Positions 50,704-61,376 of a stretch of 64,000 bases of DNA are shown piece after piece. The position numbers were made by a program, and so were the translations under genes. Source of the DNA: a phage; NCBI GenBank assembly GCA_012747475.1, contig GCA_012747475.1_3928.1; one strand, given 5' to 3'. How positions within the stretch are numbered: the stretch's first letter is position 1; each line of letters starts with the position of its first letter. Below the pieces are notes generated by a model. It did no database searches, was not told the DNA's origin, and saw only the letters and a list, made by a program, of their open reading frames with translations.

Positions 50704-51558
50704 ATGTTTGAAAAGATTGATAGTGTTTATTATAAAACACTTGATGAAAGGACTGTAACACAGTTTAAAGATAAATTTATCTATACAAGTATCTTGAAAG
50801 CAATCACTGATGAGCTACAAACATTAGAGGATGTTTGCTGGCAGATGCACACAGAGAGAAATATCAGGACGTCAGTAGGCCAACAACTTGATAATATTGG
50901 CTCACTGATTAAAGTTCCTAGACCTTTAGGTGCAGATGATGAAACATATAGAGCTATGCTTTATATCCAAATCTTCCTAAGACGCTCTGACACCACCCCA
51001 ACATTCTTGCAAAAAGCAATTATGACACTATATGGTGCAACTTTCTCTCAGATTTTTGAGCATATTACTCCTAAGACTGGTGGTATCGTTATCCGTATCA
51101 ACACTAGAAAAAGCGTTCTAGATGCTGCATATACGCTGTCAAAGATTTCTGCAACAACTACTGGCTCCGCTGTTATCTTAAGAGATGTTACTTTAAATGG
51201 GACTGCTTGGACACCTGTAGAGGTTGCTGATTCATCACTTGCTATTGTTGATGATAAAGAGAACTGGTTTGTAACTGATGCTAACAGAGGTCTTGTCACA
51301 AATAATACTGGTGGCTCTCTGGAGTCCAACTTAGTAGGTAGTCTTACAGATGCTGGTGTTATTGATGGTTACTTTAGGGTTGACAGAACAGCAAACTCAC
51401 AGAGTGATGATTATATGACTGTAGATAGGTCCAATAATAGTGGCTATTTCATCGTTGGTAAAGAAGCTATTGCAGGTGGTGCATATGGAATCATGGCTGA
51501 GGTTGCACAAATTGTCAAAGGCAGAAAAGATAAATCACAACAAGAAGGAAATTCTTAA
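50704..51558 (+). CDS. baseplate/tail protein (gpI-like position)
   Basis: ORF track; conserved order. Confidence 0.4.
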   Translation: MFEKIDSVYYKTLDERTVTQFKDKFIYTSILKAITDELQTLEDVCWQMHTERNIRTSVGQQLDNIGSLIKVPRPLGADDETYRAMLYIQIFLRRSDTTPTFLQKAIMTLYGATFSQIFEHITPKTGGIVIRINTRKSVLDAAYTLSKISATTTGSAVILRDVTLNGTAWTPVEVADSSLAIVDDKENWFVTDANRGLVTNNTGGSLESNLVGSLTDAGVIDGYFRVDRTANSQSDDYMTVDRSNNSGYFIVGKEAIAGGAYGIMAEVAQIVKGRKDKSQQEGNS

Positions 51559-51860
51559 TGGCAGTTTTAAATTGGTCTACAAATGAAGTAGATACTGATG
51601 GTAACCAGTTAAAAGTTTTACCACCACCGGAAGTTCAAGAGACAGGTCTTTTAAAGGGTGAACCTATGGGTAGACAGTGGTTCAACTATATTATCAACTA
51701 CCTGCTGAATAAAGTAAATGGCACTGTTGGTGAAGTTCGTTCATATGCAACTGAGCAACCAGATTTAGTAGCTAATGGCTGGAATCTCATTAAGTCTGAG
51801 ACAGGGACTGCATCAACAAGTACAAGAAACCTTTACACATATGAATATGTAGGAGCTTAA
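51558..51860 (+). CDS. hypothetical tail protein
   Basis: ORF track. Confidence 0.45.
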   Translation: MAVLNWSTNEVDTDGNQLKVLPPPEVQETGLLKGEPMGRQWFNYIINYLLNKVNGTVGEVRSYATEQPDLVANGWNLIKSETGTASTSTRNLYTYEYVGA

Positions 51861-51862
51861 TA

Positions 51863-53038
51863 ATGGCAGTAGGTGAAATTCAAATTAGTGCCTTGCCACA
51901 AGCGGCCTTACCAATTGATTTGAGTGATATCTTCCATCTTAAGCAAGGTGTTGAGGATAAAAGATGTACGCTTGAACAGTTGTTAGCACCTCACGCATCT
52001 TTGAGGAATAACCCTCATGGTGTAACGAAATCGCAAGTAGGTCTTGATAATGTTATTAACTCTCTTCAATTAGTTGCAGCTAATAACTTGTCAGACATTG
52101 TAAATGTTGCTGAGGCAAGAGCAAATCTACAAATTATGTCGTCAGAGGAAGTGAATAACTTAATTCAGCAACATATTGACGACAAAAGTAACCCACATAA
52201 CACAACGAAAGCACAGGTCGGTTTAAGTAATGTTCAGAACTGGACAACATCTAATCTGTACAATGAAGATGCTGATAAGTACGCTACCGCGAAAGCAGTT
52301 AATAATTTATACAAAGCTATCCAAGCATCATATCCAGTGGGGACTATTCATCTGTCTGTTAACTCTGCTAACCCATCCACTTACTTGCTTTGTGGAGGTA
52401 CTTGGGAGTTAGTTTCTAAAGGTAGAGCACTAGTTGGTTATGATACAGATTCCAGACCTGTTGGTTCAACGTTTGGTTCTCAGACTGTAGCATTAACAAA
52501 TAATAATTTACCAGCACATACTCACTCTATCTATCTAACAGGTGGTGGTCATACACACTCTGCAAGTGTATCTATCTCTAGTTTTGATTATGGTTCAAAA
52601 AGTACATCAACTTTTGATTACGGTACAAAAACGACTAATAGTGCTGGTGCTCACACTCACACGTTTAGTGGCACAACAAGTAATGCTGGTAACCACAACC
52701 ATAGAGTTCCTATGAGGGGTAATGATAGGGGTGGCACAAACGCTATTACTGCATCTGCTGATGCTGGTGTTGGTAATGCTATGTATACTGATTTAGCTGG
52801 TGCTCACACCCATAGCTTCTCAGGTACAACTGCATCATCTGGTGCTCATAGCCATACTGTCGCAATTGGTGCTCACAGCCACACTGTTAATATTGGTTCG
52901 CACAGTCATACAGGCACTGTTACTGTTTCTAGCTCTGAGCATACACACTCAGGGACATCTGGTTCTGTTGGTGGTGGTCAAGCTTTCAGTGTTGAGCAGC
53001 CATCTTTTGTAGTGTATGTGTGGCAGAGAACAGCTTAA
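51863..53038 (+). CDS. tail fibre protein with His-rich repeats
   Basis: GAHTHTFSGTT / GAHSHTV repeats; C-terminal motif shared with next fibre gene. Confidence 0.65.
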   Translation: MAVGEIQISALPQAALPIDLSDIFHLKQGVEDKRCTLEQLLAPHASLRNNPHGVTKSQVGLDNVINSLQLVAANNLSDIVNVAEARANLQIMSSEEVNNLIQQHIDDKSNPHNTTKAQVGLSNVQNWTTSNLYNEDADKYATAKAVNNLYKAIQASYPVGTIHLSVNSANPSTYLLCGGTWELVSKGRALVGYDTDSRPVGSTFGSQTVALTNNNLPAHTHSIYLTGGGHTHSASVSISSFDYGSKSTSTFDYGTKTTNSAGAHTHTFSGTTSNAGNHNHRVPMRGNDRGGTNAITASADAGVGNAMYTDLAGAHTHSFSGTTASSGAHSHTVAIGAHSHTVNIGSHSHTGTVTVSSSEHTHSGTSGSVGGGQAFSVEQPSFVVYVWQRTA

Positions 53039-53084
53039 TTTCTTTACAGGGGCTTTATAGCCCCTTTTAAGAGGAAAATTCATA

Positions 53085-55640
53085 ATGGCAGATTACAAAT
53101 TGAGTCAATTAAACTCAATCGACACAATTCGTTCAGAAGACCTATTGCACATCAGAGTTAAGAAAAGACCTGAAATGTTGGGTGATGAAGACCGCAGAAT
53201 GACCTATCAAGACTTCTTAGCTTCCTTCAAACTAGAAAGGTTTGTTCAGATTGCTGGAAGTAATATGACTGGGGATTTAGGTATTGTCAAGTTACTTTAT
53301 GGTGGTAAGGCAGTATTTGACCCTACAGGTTCTTCTGAAATTACTATTGGGGATGTTTTAAAGACTTTTAAACTTAATGCAAATGGTCTTAAACTAACTA
53401 TTGCAGATGCTTCAAGGTCAGCAACTGTTTATCATACTCTGAATAAGCCAAGTCCTAATGAGCTTGGTATGAGAACTAATGAAGAGAATGACGCAAGATA
53501 TGCAAGACTTGCTATCACAAACACATTCTCTGGAACTCAAAATATTCAAGGTGATGCTAACTTACTTCGCCTTAGAAACCAAAATGCAAATAATGCACAA
53601 TACATCGAAGGTGTAAACCTAGATGGTTCGGCTAGATGGTGGGTTGGTATTGGTAGTAATGGCTCTGATGAAGTAAAGCTGTACAATAACAAATACAACT
53701 CAGCCTTGACTGTTGCAAGTAATGTCTCTGTTAATAAGTCTTTAGCAATCACTGGTCAAGTTCAACCTTCAGATTTCTCTAACTTAGATGCTAGATACTT
53801 CACTCAGACAGTTGCTAATCAGAGATTTGCACAGTTAGCTGCTAATAATAATTTCACGGGCACTAACACGTTTAGTAGAAATCTAACCATCATTAGCGAC
53901 AGTGCTGCTTTAAGGTTGAAAAATGCAACAGCTAGCTCACTATTCATTCAGGGTGTTGACTCTCAGAACACTAACAGGTGGTATGTAGGGAACGGGGATA
54001 ACACAGCCTCTGTGCTGCTACACAACTATGTACACGGTTCAAATATCAGGCTTGATAATGGCTATATCTCAGTCAACCAGAACTTCAGAATCACTGGTCA
54101 AGTTCAACCTTCGGATTGGACTAATATTGACTCTAGATATATTCCGGCAGCAACATTAAGTACGATTGCAAGAACTAATGCACAAAATACTTTTAATGGT
54201 GTACAGAAAGTTGTTACGGATAATGAAGCCCTAATTGTGAAAAACTCTACTCAGAACAGACCATTGTATATCCGTGGTGTGGACACTGCTAATGTGTCAA
54301 GGTGGTGGGTAGGTGTTGGTGGGGCAGATAATAATGATGTAACCCTAAATAACAGTTATTCTGGAACCCAATTGGTTCTCGGGAATACAACATCATACAT
54401 TAACAAAACATTGACTATTGCTGGACAAGTTCAACCTTCAGATTTCTCTAACTTAGATGCTAGATACTTTACGCAAAGTGCTAGTGATAGTAGATACCTA
54501 AGAATCAGAAGCACTAGCTTCAATGTGGGAAACACTGATAAGTGGGCTAAAATTGCCACTGTTGTGATGCCACAATCAGCATCCACTGCTGTTATTGAGG
54601 TATTTGGTGGGTCAGGTTTTAATATTAATACACCAAACCAAGCAGGTAAATGTGAAATTGTTCTGCGAACTTCAAATAACAATCCAAAGGGCTTAAATGT
54701 TGTTGCTTGGAGAACATCAGAGAACACCATTATCAGGGATATTGGTTATGTGAATACTTCTGGAGACACCTATGATATTTACTATCTTGCTGGTACGTAT
54801 CAAAACAGCACAACGACAAGGGTTCAGTCTTCTAGTAATGCAAGTGTACAGTTGTTTGAAGTCCCACAGACATTTGATAATGCTCCACAAGGTATTGTGA
54901 AGGGTACAATTGCAAAATACTACACAAGTTTGCAAAAACCAACCCCTTCAGATATTGGTGCATACACTAAAGCAGAAACTGACCAGAAGATTGCAGAAGC
55001 AATTAGTGACTCTACAGACCTGAATAAAATCTATCCAGTAGGTATTGTGACGTGGTTTAACAGTAATGTCAACCCAAACACAGCACTTCCTGGGTTAACT
55101 TGGACGTACCTGAATAATGGTGTTGGTAGAACTATTAGAATTGCAGCAGCAAACGGTTCAGATGTTGCTACAACTGGTGGTTCAGACTCTGTAACGTTGT
55201 CTGTTGGTAACTTACCTTCACACACGCACAGCTTCTCTGCTACTACTTCATCATTTGACTATGGTACTAAGACTTCTAGCACAACTGGTAACCACAACCA
55301 CAACAGAGGTACTATGGAGATTACTGGTTCATTTGGTTACTTCAGAAGTGACGCTAGTAGCTTCTACACAGCAAGTGGTGCATTCTACCTCGGTAGTCAG
55401 GCAGGTTCTAAAGGGTATACTGGTAACAACTTTACTAATGGTATCCCTGTCAACTTCAACGCATCAAGAAACTGGTCTGGTGTAACGAATACAACAGGTA
55501 ACCACAGCCACACTGTTGGTATTGGTGCTCACAGCCACACAGTTAGTGGTAACACAGGTGGTACTGGTTCTGGTTCTGGTTCAGCATTTAGTGTTACTAA
55601 CCAGTTCTATAAGTTAATGGCTTGGGTAAGAACTGCTTAA
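53085..55640 (+). CDS. long tail fibre protein with triplicated internal domain
   Basis: 851 aa; three copies of ...TGQVQPSD(F/W)(S/T)N(L/I)D(A/S)RY...; C-terminal GAHSHTV and ...AWVRTA. Confidence 0.65.
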   Translation: MADYKLSQLNSIDTIRSEDLLHIRVKKRPEMLGDEDRRMTYQDFLASFKLERFVQIAGSNMTGDLGIVKLLYGGKAVFDPTGSSEITIGDVLKTFKLNANGLKLTIADASRSATVYHTLNKPSPNELGMRTNEENDARYARLAITNTFSGTQNIQGDANLLRLRNQNANNAQYIEGVNLDGSARWWVGIGSNGSDEVKLYNNKYNSALTVASNVSVNKSLAITGQVQPSDFSNLDARYFTQTVANQRFAQLAANNNFTGTNTFSRNLTIISDSAALRLKNATASSLFIQGVDSQNTNRWYVGNGDNTASVLLHNYVHGSNIRLDNGYISVNQNFRITGQVQPSDWTNIDSRYIPAATLSTIARTNAQNTFNGVQKVVTDNEALIVKNSTQNRPLYIRGVDTANVSRWWVGVGGADNNDVTLNNSYSGTQLVLGNTTSYINKTLTIAGQVQPSDFSNLDARYFTQSASDSRYLRIRSTSFNVGNTDKWAKIATVVMPQSASTAVIEVFGGSGFNINTPNQAGKCEIVLRTSNNNPKGLNVVAWRTSENTIIRDIGYVNTSGDTYDIYYLAGTYQNSTTTRVQSSSNASVQLFEVPQTFDNAPQGIVKGTIAKYYTSLQKPTPSDIGAYTKAETDQKIAEAISDSTDLNKIYPVGIVTWFNSNVNPNTALPGLTWTYLNNGVGRTIRIAAANGSDVATTGGSDSVTLSVGNLPSHTHSFSATTSSFDYGTKTSSTTGNHNHNRGTMEITGSFGYFRSDASSFYTASGAFYLGSQAGSKGYTGNNFTNGIPVNFNASRNWSGVTNTTGNHSHTVGIGAHSHTVSGNTGGTGSGSGSAFSVTNQFYKLMAWVRTA
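53751..54470 (+). repeat. intragenic direct repeats incl. exact 44-bp copies
   Basis: CAAGTTCAACCTTCAGATTTCTCTAACTTAGATGCTAGATACTT at 53757 and 54426; diverged copy ~54093. Confidence 0.7.
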
Positions 55641-55647
55641 TCCCTTG

Positions 55648-55676
55648 TTGACTGATTGTTAAGATGGTGTTAATAT
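55648..55676 (+). promoter_or_regulatory. sigma70-type promoter with -10 in hairpin loop
   Basis: TTGACT-17bp-TAATAT; inverted repeat AAGATGGTG(55661)/CACCATCTT(55693). Confidence 0.5.
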
Positions 55677-55719
55677 TCTTTATGGGTATTCTCACCATCT
55701 TGGCTGATGAGGTGATTAA

Positions 55720-55914
55720 ATGCCTACAATCCTAGCAATTCTTCTAAAAAATCTAGGTAGCTTCTTCTGGAAACTCATTTTATCCCTTCTGAGTGAATAC
55801 ATGATTGAGAAAGTGTTCTTTAAGCTTGCAAGATACCTTGCGAGTAAAACAGACACACCTATTGATGATGAGTTCGTAGATAACTTAGAAAAAGCTTTTA
55901 AGGGGGAGAAATAA
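55720..55914 (+). CDS. small hydrophobic protein (holin-like?)
   Basis: 64 aa; hydrophobic N-terminal half. Confidence 0.35.
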   Translation: MPTILAILLKNLGSFFWKLILSLLSEYMIEKVFFKLARYLASKTDTPIDDEFVDNLEKAFKGEK

Positions 55915-56286
55915 ATGAAGTGGCTAGAGGAAGCTTTTAAAAATAATATTGGTGCAATTGTAGTTGGTATTTTTAGTGTTATCGGGATGTATACCACTAT
56001 GCAAGTTTCAAGTGGTAAGCAAGAAGTGTCTGTCACAACAAAGTTACAGCAGCTAGATAATTATTCCAAAAGTAACTATTCAGCTATTCGTGATTTACAG
56101 TCTGACATGAGACTGATTCAGCTAGGGATGGAGAACCAGAAAGTCCAGTTAGAGAATGTTAAGGGTGAGAATGCGAAACTTACCAAAACTCTTGATAAAT
56201 TCTCTGACAGTGTGAACAATCTGGCCCAATCAGTATCAGCCTTGCAAGCTATTACTGAAAAGAACACAAAGAATACTGAAAAATAA
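55915..56286 (+). CDS. membrane-anchored coiled-coil protein
   Basis: N-terminal TM helix IGAIVVGIFSVIGMY then coiled-coil-like region. Confidence 0.45.
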   Translation: MKWLEEAFKNNIGAIVVGIFSVIGMYTTMQVSSGKQEVSVTTKLQQLDNYSKSNYSAIRDLQSDMRLIQLGMENQKVQLENVKGENAKLTKTLDKFSDSVNNLAQSVSALQAITEKNTKNTEK

Positions 56287-56289
56287 AAT

Positions 56290-56326
56290 TTTAAGGCTCC
56301 CGTAAAAAGGAGCCTTTTTTGTTTTT
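56290..56326. terminator. bidirectional intrinsic terminator between convergent genes
   Basis: AAGGCTCC-CGTAAAA-AGGAGCCTT flanked by A-run and T-run. Confidence 0.7.
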
Positions 56327-57224
56327 ACTTACCTACTGACAGAGGTGCTTCAATCTTCCCTGCATGTTGGTAGTTGTTAATACCACCAATAAAATCACTT
56401 GCAGTAAGATGTTTCAGGTCACTTAAAGTATTAAGTGGTAGACCAATCTCAAAAGTTGGTGCATGGAACTCTTCATTGTTCATCAGTTCATAAACCTGCT
56501 TCATATGGTTCTGATAAATCTGAGTATCCCCAAAGACACCTATCAAGTACCGTGGAGTGTATCCAGTCATCTTACAAAGAACTTCTAAGATGAAGCCGTA
56601 AGACGCAATGTTAAATGGAAGTCCTAAAAAGGTGTCTACAGAACGCTGATACCATTGCAAATCCACTTCACCTTCATTAGTGATATAAATCTGAAACAGA
56701 ACATGACAAGGTGCTAAAGCCATTGAGTTTGCTGCAATATCTGCTGCATTCCAAGCATTAACAAGCATGTAACGGTCTGTGATATCACCCTTCATCTTCG
56801 TTACTAAGGTCTCTAGTTGGTCTACAACACAACCATTATGACCTTCAAAGTTTCTCCACTGAACCCCATAGATTCTCCCACCTGCATCATCTAACCAATC
56901 TTGTTCAGAAGAATAATTAGAGCTTAACCAGCGTTTAAAATCATCTGACCAGATAGTCCAGCGTTCCCCATCATTTTCACCCCAAGTACGGTAACGGAGT
57001 TCACCCAGCTTATTCTCACCATTCAGGAACCATAAAGCTTCCCCAATAACTTGCCGTGTAAACACCTGTTTAGATGTTAAGAGTGGGAAACCAGTCCTCA
57101 TATCAAAGCGAAACTTAGGTGGAGCAAATGCAGAGATAACATCTCCAGTTCGTGTAGTACGCAATTCACCAACTGATAAAACATGGTTCAGGATATCTTT
57201 GTAACTTGTATCTGCTTGTGACAT
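56325..57224 (-). CDS. thyA: thymidylate synthase
   Basis: QRSVDTFLGLPFNIASY, ALAPCH active-site region, FGDTQIYQNH. Confidence 0.9.
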   Translation of the reverse strand: MSQADTSYKDILNHVLSVGELRTTRTGDVISAFAPPKFRFDMRTGFPLLTSKQVFTRQVIGEALWFLNGENKLGELRYRTWGENDGERWTIWSDDFKRWLSSNYSSEQDWLDDAGGRIYGVQWRNFEGHNGCVVDQLETLVTKMKGDITDRYMLVNAWNAADIAANSMALAPCHVLFQIYITNEGEVDLQWYQRSVDTFLGLPFNIASYGFILEVLCKMTGYTPRYLIGVFGDTQIYQNHMKQVYELMNNEEFHAPTFEIGLPLNTLSDLKHLTASDFIGGINNYQHAGKIEAPLSVGK

Positions 57225-57225
57225 A

Positions 57226-57771
57226 TCAAAAGTGTCCTTTTACTTGTGGAACATAAATTTCAAAGGTTGCTTTACCATCCTCTGATGGTTTTGACTGTAC
57301 CTTTGTAAATACACTGTTATCATACAGCTTCTCAAAGAAGTTTTCAAAAGGTAAATACACAGTGGCCTCTTCAGTAACTTTATGGAAAACTGTATGGAAA
57401 ACTACACCAGCATATGGTAAAGCATTGACAAGGACACCTGCACCACCAATTACAAAGACATCTTCATCAATAGAGCTATCGAGATACTTCAAAAATGCTC
57501 CAAAGGATTCTTTGCTGGCCTTAGCATACATTACCTCATCTTTGCCAAAGTCTATGCCTAAGTATGGTACAGAATTTGTTAAGATGAGGTTTGCACGTTC
57601 TGGTAAAGGTTTACTACCCAGAGTCTTGAAAGTCTCATTACCCATCACTACTAAGTTGTTTTTAGTGAGTCTCTTAAACTCTTGCATATCCTGTTTATGT
57701 CGAGGCCACGGCATACCAGTTGGAGTACCAAACTCCCCATTTTCACCACTTGCAAAGATTAATTTAATCAT
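57226..57771 (-). CDS. folA: dihydrofolate reductase
   Basis: MIKLIFASGENGEFG...MPWPRHKQDMQEFKRLT...VVMGNETFKTLGSKPLPERANLILT. Confidence 0.85.
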   Translation of the reverse strand: MIKLIFASGENGEFGTPTGMPWPRHKQDMQEFKRLTKNNLVVMGNETFKTLGSKPLPERANLILTNSVPYLGIDFGKDEVMYAKASKESFGAFLKYLDSSIDEDVFVIGGAGVLVNALPYAGVVFHTVFHKVTEEATVYLPFENFFEKLYDNSVFTKVQSKPSEDGKATFEIYVPQVKGHF

Positions 57772-58028
57772 TTTGTAAATCCTTTCTTAATGAACCAGTT
57801 GATAACATTCTTCACAGCTTTATTGCTATGGTAGATTAAGTGTGGTGTAGGTTGGTATGAACCATAAGCCCAGAAAGCAATGATTTCATTACACCCTGTA
57901 CACCTTGTACTCTCTTCAGCGATATGACCGTTGACTATTTCACTTACCTCACCTTGCAAGTCTGTACATCCACAATGTGGACATCGGATAGGTGTTCCAT
58001 CAGACTCATAGCAGTGTTCAATTTTCAT
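57768..58028 (-). CDS. small Cys-rich zinc-ribbon-like protein
   Basis: CPHCGC ... CTGC. Confidence 0.45.
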   Translation of the reverse strand: MKIEHCYESDGTPIRCPHCGCTDLQGEVSEIVNGHIAEESTRCTGCNEIIAFWAYGSYQPTPHLIYHSNKAVKNVINWFIKKGFTK

Positions 58029-58544
58029 TTATTTAACCTCAAAAACTGGTTCAAGAACCAATATAAAGTCTACACAGTCATCTTCTTCATCCAGAATACC
58101 ATCAAAGTTCTTAGGAACGAAGTCGAAGAGGCTCATCACAAAACAGTCAGAAGTAACCTTTATAGTTCCTCCCATGTTCTCTACAGTTAACACTGTACGA
58201 CTTTCTTTTACCTCCCTCAGAAGATTACCCACAAAGTCATCTAAGAAGTACTTCATCAATGACTTAAAGCCTTTAGGATAATCTGTACCAGAGTATGTTT
58301 CAATCTGAGGCACAAGCTTAACATTTATACTAGTCTTTGTTAAGAATGCACTAGAGAACATACTATCAGGTAGCTTACAAACAGTCTTTCCAGTACCTTC
58401 ATGTTCAATCTCAACAAAACCAGCTTCATCGCCACATGTAACTATTTTAAAAGATGCTTCATTCTCATACTGTGAAGCCATAAACTTTTTAAGCATCTCT
58501 TTAAGGAAATCTGCATGAGCATCTTGTAAGTAGACATCAATCAT
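58029..58544 (-). CDS. hypothetical protein
   Basis: ORF track. Confidence 0.5.
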   Translation of the reverse strand: MIDVYLQDAHADFLKEMLKKFMASQYENEASFKIVTCGDEAGFVEIEHEGTGKTVCKLPDSMFSSAFLTKTSINVKLVPQIETYSGTDYPKGFKSLMKYFLDDFVGNLLREVKESRTVLTVENMGGTIKVTSDCFVMSLFDFVPKNFDGILDEEDDCVDFILVLEPVFEVK

Positions 58545-58557
58545 AGTTAATCACCTA

Positions 58558-58917
58558 TTATGGGAACAGACACTTAATGTCATCGTTTTTGAAAACAAAA
58601 CTCGTGTAGTTATGACCATCAACATCCAGCCAAACAGCCTGAACATCCACACCATCAAGATTCTGGTAAAGCTCTTTGATGAAGTGGTCTTTCACAATCT
58701 GACTGCTAGTTGTTTCCAGCTTAATGTTCGAGATTGCTGAACCTACAGCCATATAGCCCATGACACGTTTCTTCTCAGTATGCTTAATCTTACCATCTTT
58801 GTAAGCCATAATGAGATTGGAGAGAATCTTCACACCATAATACTTTTCAAGGTGAGTGGGTACGCCATAAAAGCCTAATGCAAAGTTTTCAGAGTGGATA
58901 ATGTTTTCACGTTTCAT
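58558..58917 (-). CDS. hypothetical protein
   Basis: ORF track. Confidence 0.5.
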   Translation of the reverse strand: MKRENIIHSENFALGFYGVPTHLEKYYGVKILSNLIMAYKDGKIKHTEKKRVMGYMAVGSAISNIKLETTSSQIVKDHFIKELYQNLDGVDVQAVWLDVDGHNYTSFVFKNDDIKCLFP

Positions 58918-58918
58918 A

Positions 58919-59248
58919 TTAATCTGCCAACCTTAAATTGAAATTAACACCAAATTTTTCACATACTTCCAACATATACTCAAGGGAAACATTCCCAGTG
59001 AGGTGGATTATGTTGGATACACGAGCCTGAGAGATACCACAAATTTTAGCAACTTGCTCTTGAGAAAGACCTCTGGATTTAATCTCTCTCTTAAAACGAT
59101 GTGCAACGAAGTCTCTCATTTCGTCTACATCCATTGGACAAACATAACTCTCCATTTCAGCCTCTCTATCAGCCTCCCAATCATCTTGTGGAGCATAAGG
59201 GTCAAAAACTTCATTCATCTTTCTTCTTCCGTTTGCGTGAAGTGTCAA
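58919..59248 (-). CDS. HTH DNA-binding protein (XRE-like)
   Basis: LSQEQVAKICGISQARVSNI helix-turn-helix in C-terminal half. Confidence 0.5.
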   Translation of the reverse strand: MTLHANGRRKMNEVFDPYAPQDDWEADREAEMESYVCPMDVDEMRDFVAHRFKREIKSRGLSQEQVAKICGISQARVSNIIHLTGNVSLEYMLEVCEKFGVNFNLRLAD

Positions 59249-59423
59249 TCAATGAATCTATGTTTGTAGCCCTAACCTTTTCACGTTCATCGTTAAGATA
59301 ATCGTCAAGAGCTTTTTCAATCTGTGAATCATCTTGACAGATAACTGTAAAGACTGTAAAGCCATCTGTATCATCAATTATCTTACCATAACCGCTTCTG
59401 GGATGTAACTTTTTAAGGGCCAT
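59211..59423 (-). CDS. small hypothetical protein upstream of HTH gene
   Basis: ORF track; 70 aa, basic C-terminus. Confidence 0.4.
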   Translation of the reverse strand: MALKKLHPRSGYGKIIDDTDGFTVFTVICQDDSQIEKALDDYLNDEREKVRATNIDSLIDTSRKRKKKDE

Positions 59424-59424
59424 A

Positions 59425-59808
59425 TCAAATACCTGTGCAGCTTCTGTTTTCTAAGAAATACTCAACACCATACATAGCTTTTTGCATCAAATCCTCTTTA
59501 AACTGGATGCGATGATTAAGCATAGTCTGTACATCAATATCATCATGGTGCTTCTCTTTAATATTTGCAGATTGCAGGAAATACTCTGCGAGAACACGAT
59601 ACTGATAGTCAGTTACCTTATCAGTCATCTCTGTCAAAGACTCTTCAGAGATTGGTTTAAGTAGCTCGCCATTAGCTAGAGCAACACCTTTTACAATCTG
59701 GCAAGTGTCTTCTGGAACACCTGATAAATCCACATTTGGAAGTTCTGTTGCATTGACTGGTAAATTCATTACCATAACCATTGCAGCAGCTAATAAAATC
59801 TTTTTCAT
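59425..59808 (-). CDS. secreted/periplasmic hypothetical protein
   Basis: signal peptide MKKILLAAAMVMVMNLPVNA. Confidence 0.5.
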   Translation of the reverse strand: MKKILLAAAMVMVMNLPVNATELPNVDLSGVPEDTCQIVKGVALANGELLKPISEESLTEMTDKVTDYQYRVLAEYFLQSANIKEKHHDDIDVQTMLNHRIQFKEDLMQKAMYGVEYFLENRSCTGI

Positions 59809-60239
59809 AATGACCTCAAAGTTATATTAAATTTTGTATTACATTGATTGTAAAAATAAGCTATAACACCTGACTTGTCAACAGATTTTATAGCTTATTT
59901 GGCAGATTTTTTATAAGGCTACTGCCATCCTTCCATACCAGACCACACCATGCAAAACCAGACTTCACATCGCCTTGCTGTGCAATACATTACTTAAAAA
60001 CCCTCTTAGAAGACTCTTAAGTGATGCTGGTGAGTACACGTTGGTTTATGCTGCTCAGTATACTCACCAAATTTTCTATGTCAACAACTTTATATAAAAG
60101 CCCTGATAGCTATATGTGTTACAAAACAAAAGATTGTGAACAAAACACCCATTGCAAAGGATGTGTTCAAAAGTTTACTTGTGATGTAAGACAATATAAA
60201 GACAACTAATGCAAACAGAATGATTGTGCTTAACATATT

Positions 60240-61376
60240 TTACTCATAATCCCTAATAACTAGCCCGACAGGGAACTGTAAAGACCCCTTACGAGTCATC
60301 TTCTGGAACTGAACCGTTAAAGGTTTACCGATAAATTCTTCAGGATGTTCAGCAAGATACTGTTTCTTCTCATGAGTAGTCTTCCATGAGACATCTACAA
60401 AGACGTTAGGAAGAGTCTCTACAACGAACTTACCATGACCACGCTTATCAGTCTTGACACTAGTCACTTTAAACTCTTCAGTGTGCATCTTCTTATGTTT
60501 AATCAAGAAGTATGAACGGTGACAACACTCATAGAAGGAGTCTTCAGAGATTGAACGGTACATTGCACCTTCAAACTTAGCTTCAACCCACTTATCATGA
60601 GCTTCATCAAACTCTTCCCAAGAGTTAACACGGATAGTCTGTACAGGAACAACTCTACAGGTATCACCAAGCTCAATAATGGGTGAGTTATCAATAACTT
60701 CACGACGCTCAGGCCAAGTTTTTGAATTGTCACAGATATCATACCAGTAGAATTTAAGAAGGTGACGGTCTGGATTGTCAGCATTCTTAATCATAGATAC
60801 AATATCTTCTAAGTCCCATCCATGAGCATAAATCTCACCATCAAAGTCTTCTACTTGTGGATGCAATTTAAGCAACAAAAGCAAATCTGGGATTAGTTCT
60901 TCTGGGACGTTGTAAATAGTATTCTCACGAGAATAAGCCGTGAAACTAACTGAATCATCACCTCTTGAAATTCTACAACGGACACCATCAAGTTTTGGTT
61001 GAGCATCAGCAGGGAACTTCAGATACTTTGCATGGCTAACCTTTGCAGCATCATGAGCAAGCTGTACACCTACCTTCTCAGTATTCTGTGCAGACTCTTT
61101 TGTGTAAGCGTAACCTTTACGGTCTACTTGTTTCTTATACTTAGCAGAAACTTCAAAGAGAGCTTGCTGTTCAGCGTTACGCTCATTCTTTTTACCGATG
61201 TTTTTAGGTTCTGCTGTATACTCTTCAAACATCATCTTGCCATTTTCTTTACCGTAGGTTGTAATAACTTTGTCACCTACAGCAACGCATGACCAGACGT
61301 TGAAGGAGCCATCTTTATTTTGTTTGTACAGAATTGTCATTTTATTCCTCTGAGTGATACCAAGTGTTGCAAGCAT
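60240..61376 (-). CDS. ATP-dependent DNA ligase
   Basis: motif I PKLDGVR, III FDGEIY, IV EGAMYR, V FLIKHKK; 378 aa. Confidence 0.7.
   Translation of the reverse strand: MLATLGITQRNKMTILYKQNKDGSFNVWSCVAVGDKVITTYGKENGKMMFEEYTAEPKNIGKKNERNAEQQALFEVSAKYKKQVDRKGYAYTKESAQNTEKVGVQLAHDAAKVSHAKYLKFPADAQPKLDGVRCRISRGDDSVSFTAYSRENTIYNVPEELIPDLLLLLKLHPQVEDFDGEIYAHGWDLEDIVSMIKNADNPDRHLLKFYWYDICDNSKTWPERREVIDNSPIIELGDTCRVVPVQTIRVNSWEEFDEAHDKWVEAKFEGAMYRSISEDSFYECCHRSYFLIKHKKMHTEEFKVTSVKTDKRGHGKFVVETLPNVFVDVSWKTTHEKKQYLAEHPEEFIGKPLTVQFQKMTRKGSLQFPVGLVIRDYE

Noticed and set aside
60021-60209. ORF 60021-60209 in the gap upstream of the ligase gene
   Set aside because: Lies in a divergent intergenic region containing the CTNNNNAG words and hairpins; no SD; more likely regulatory DNA, though a small gene cannot be excluded.
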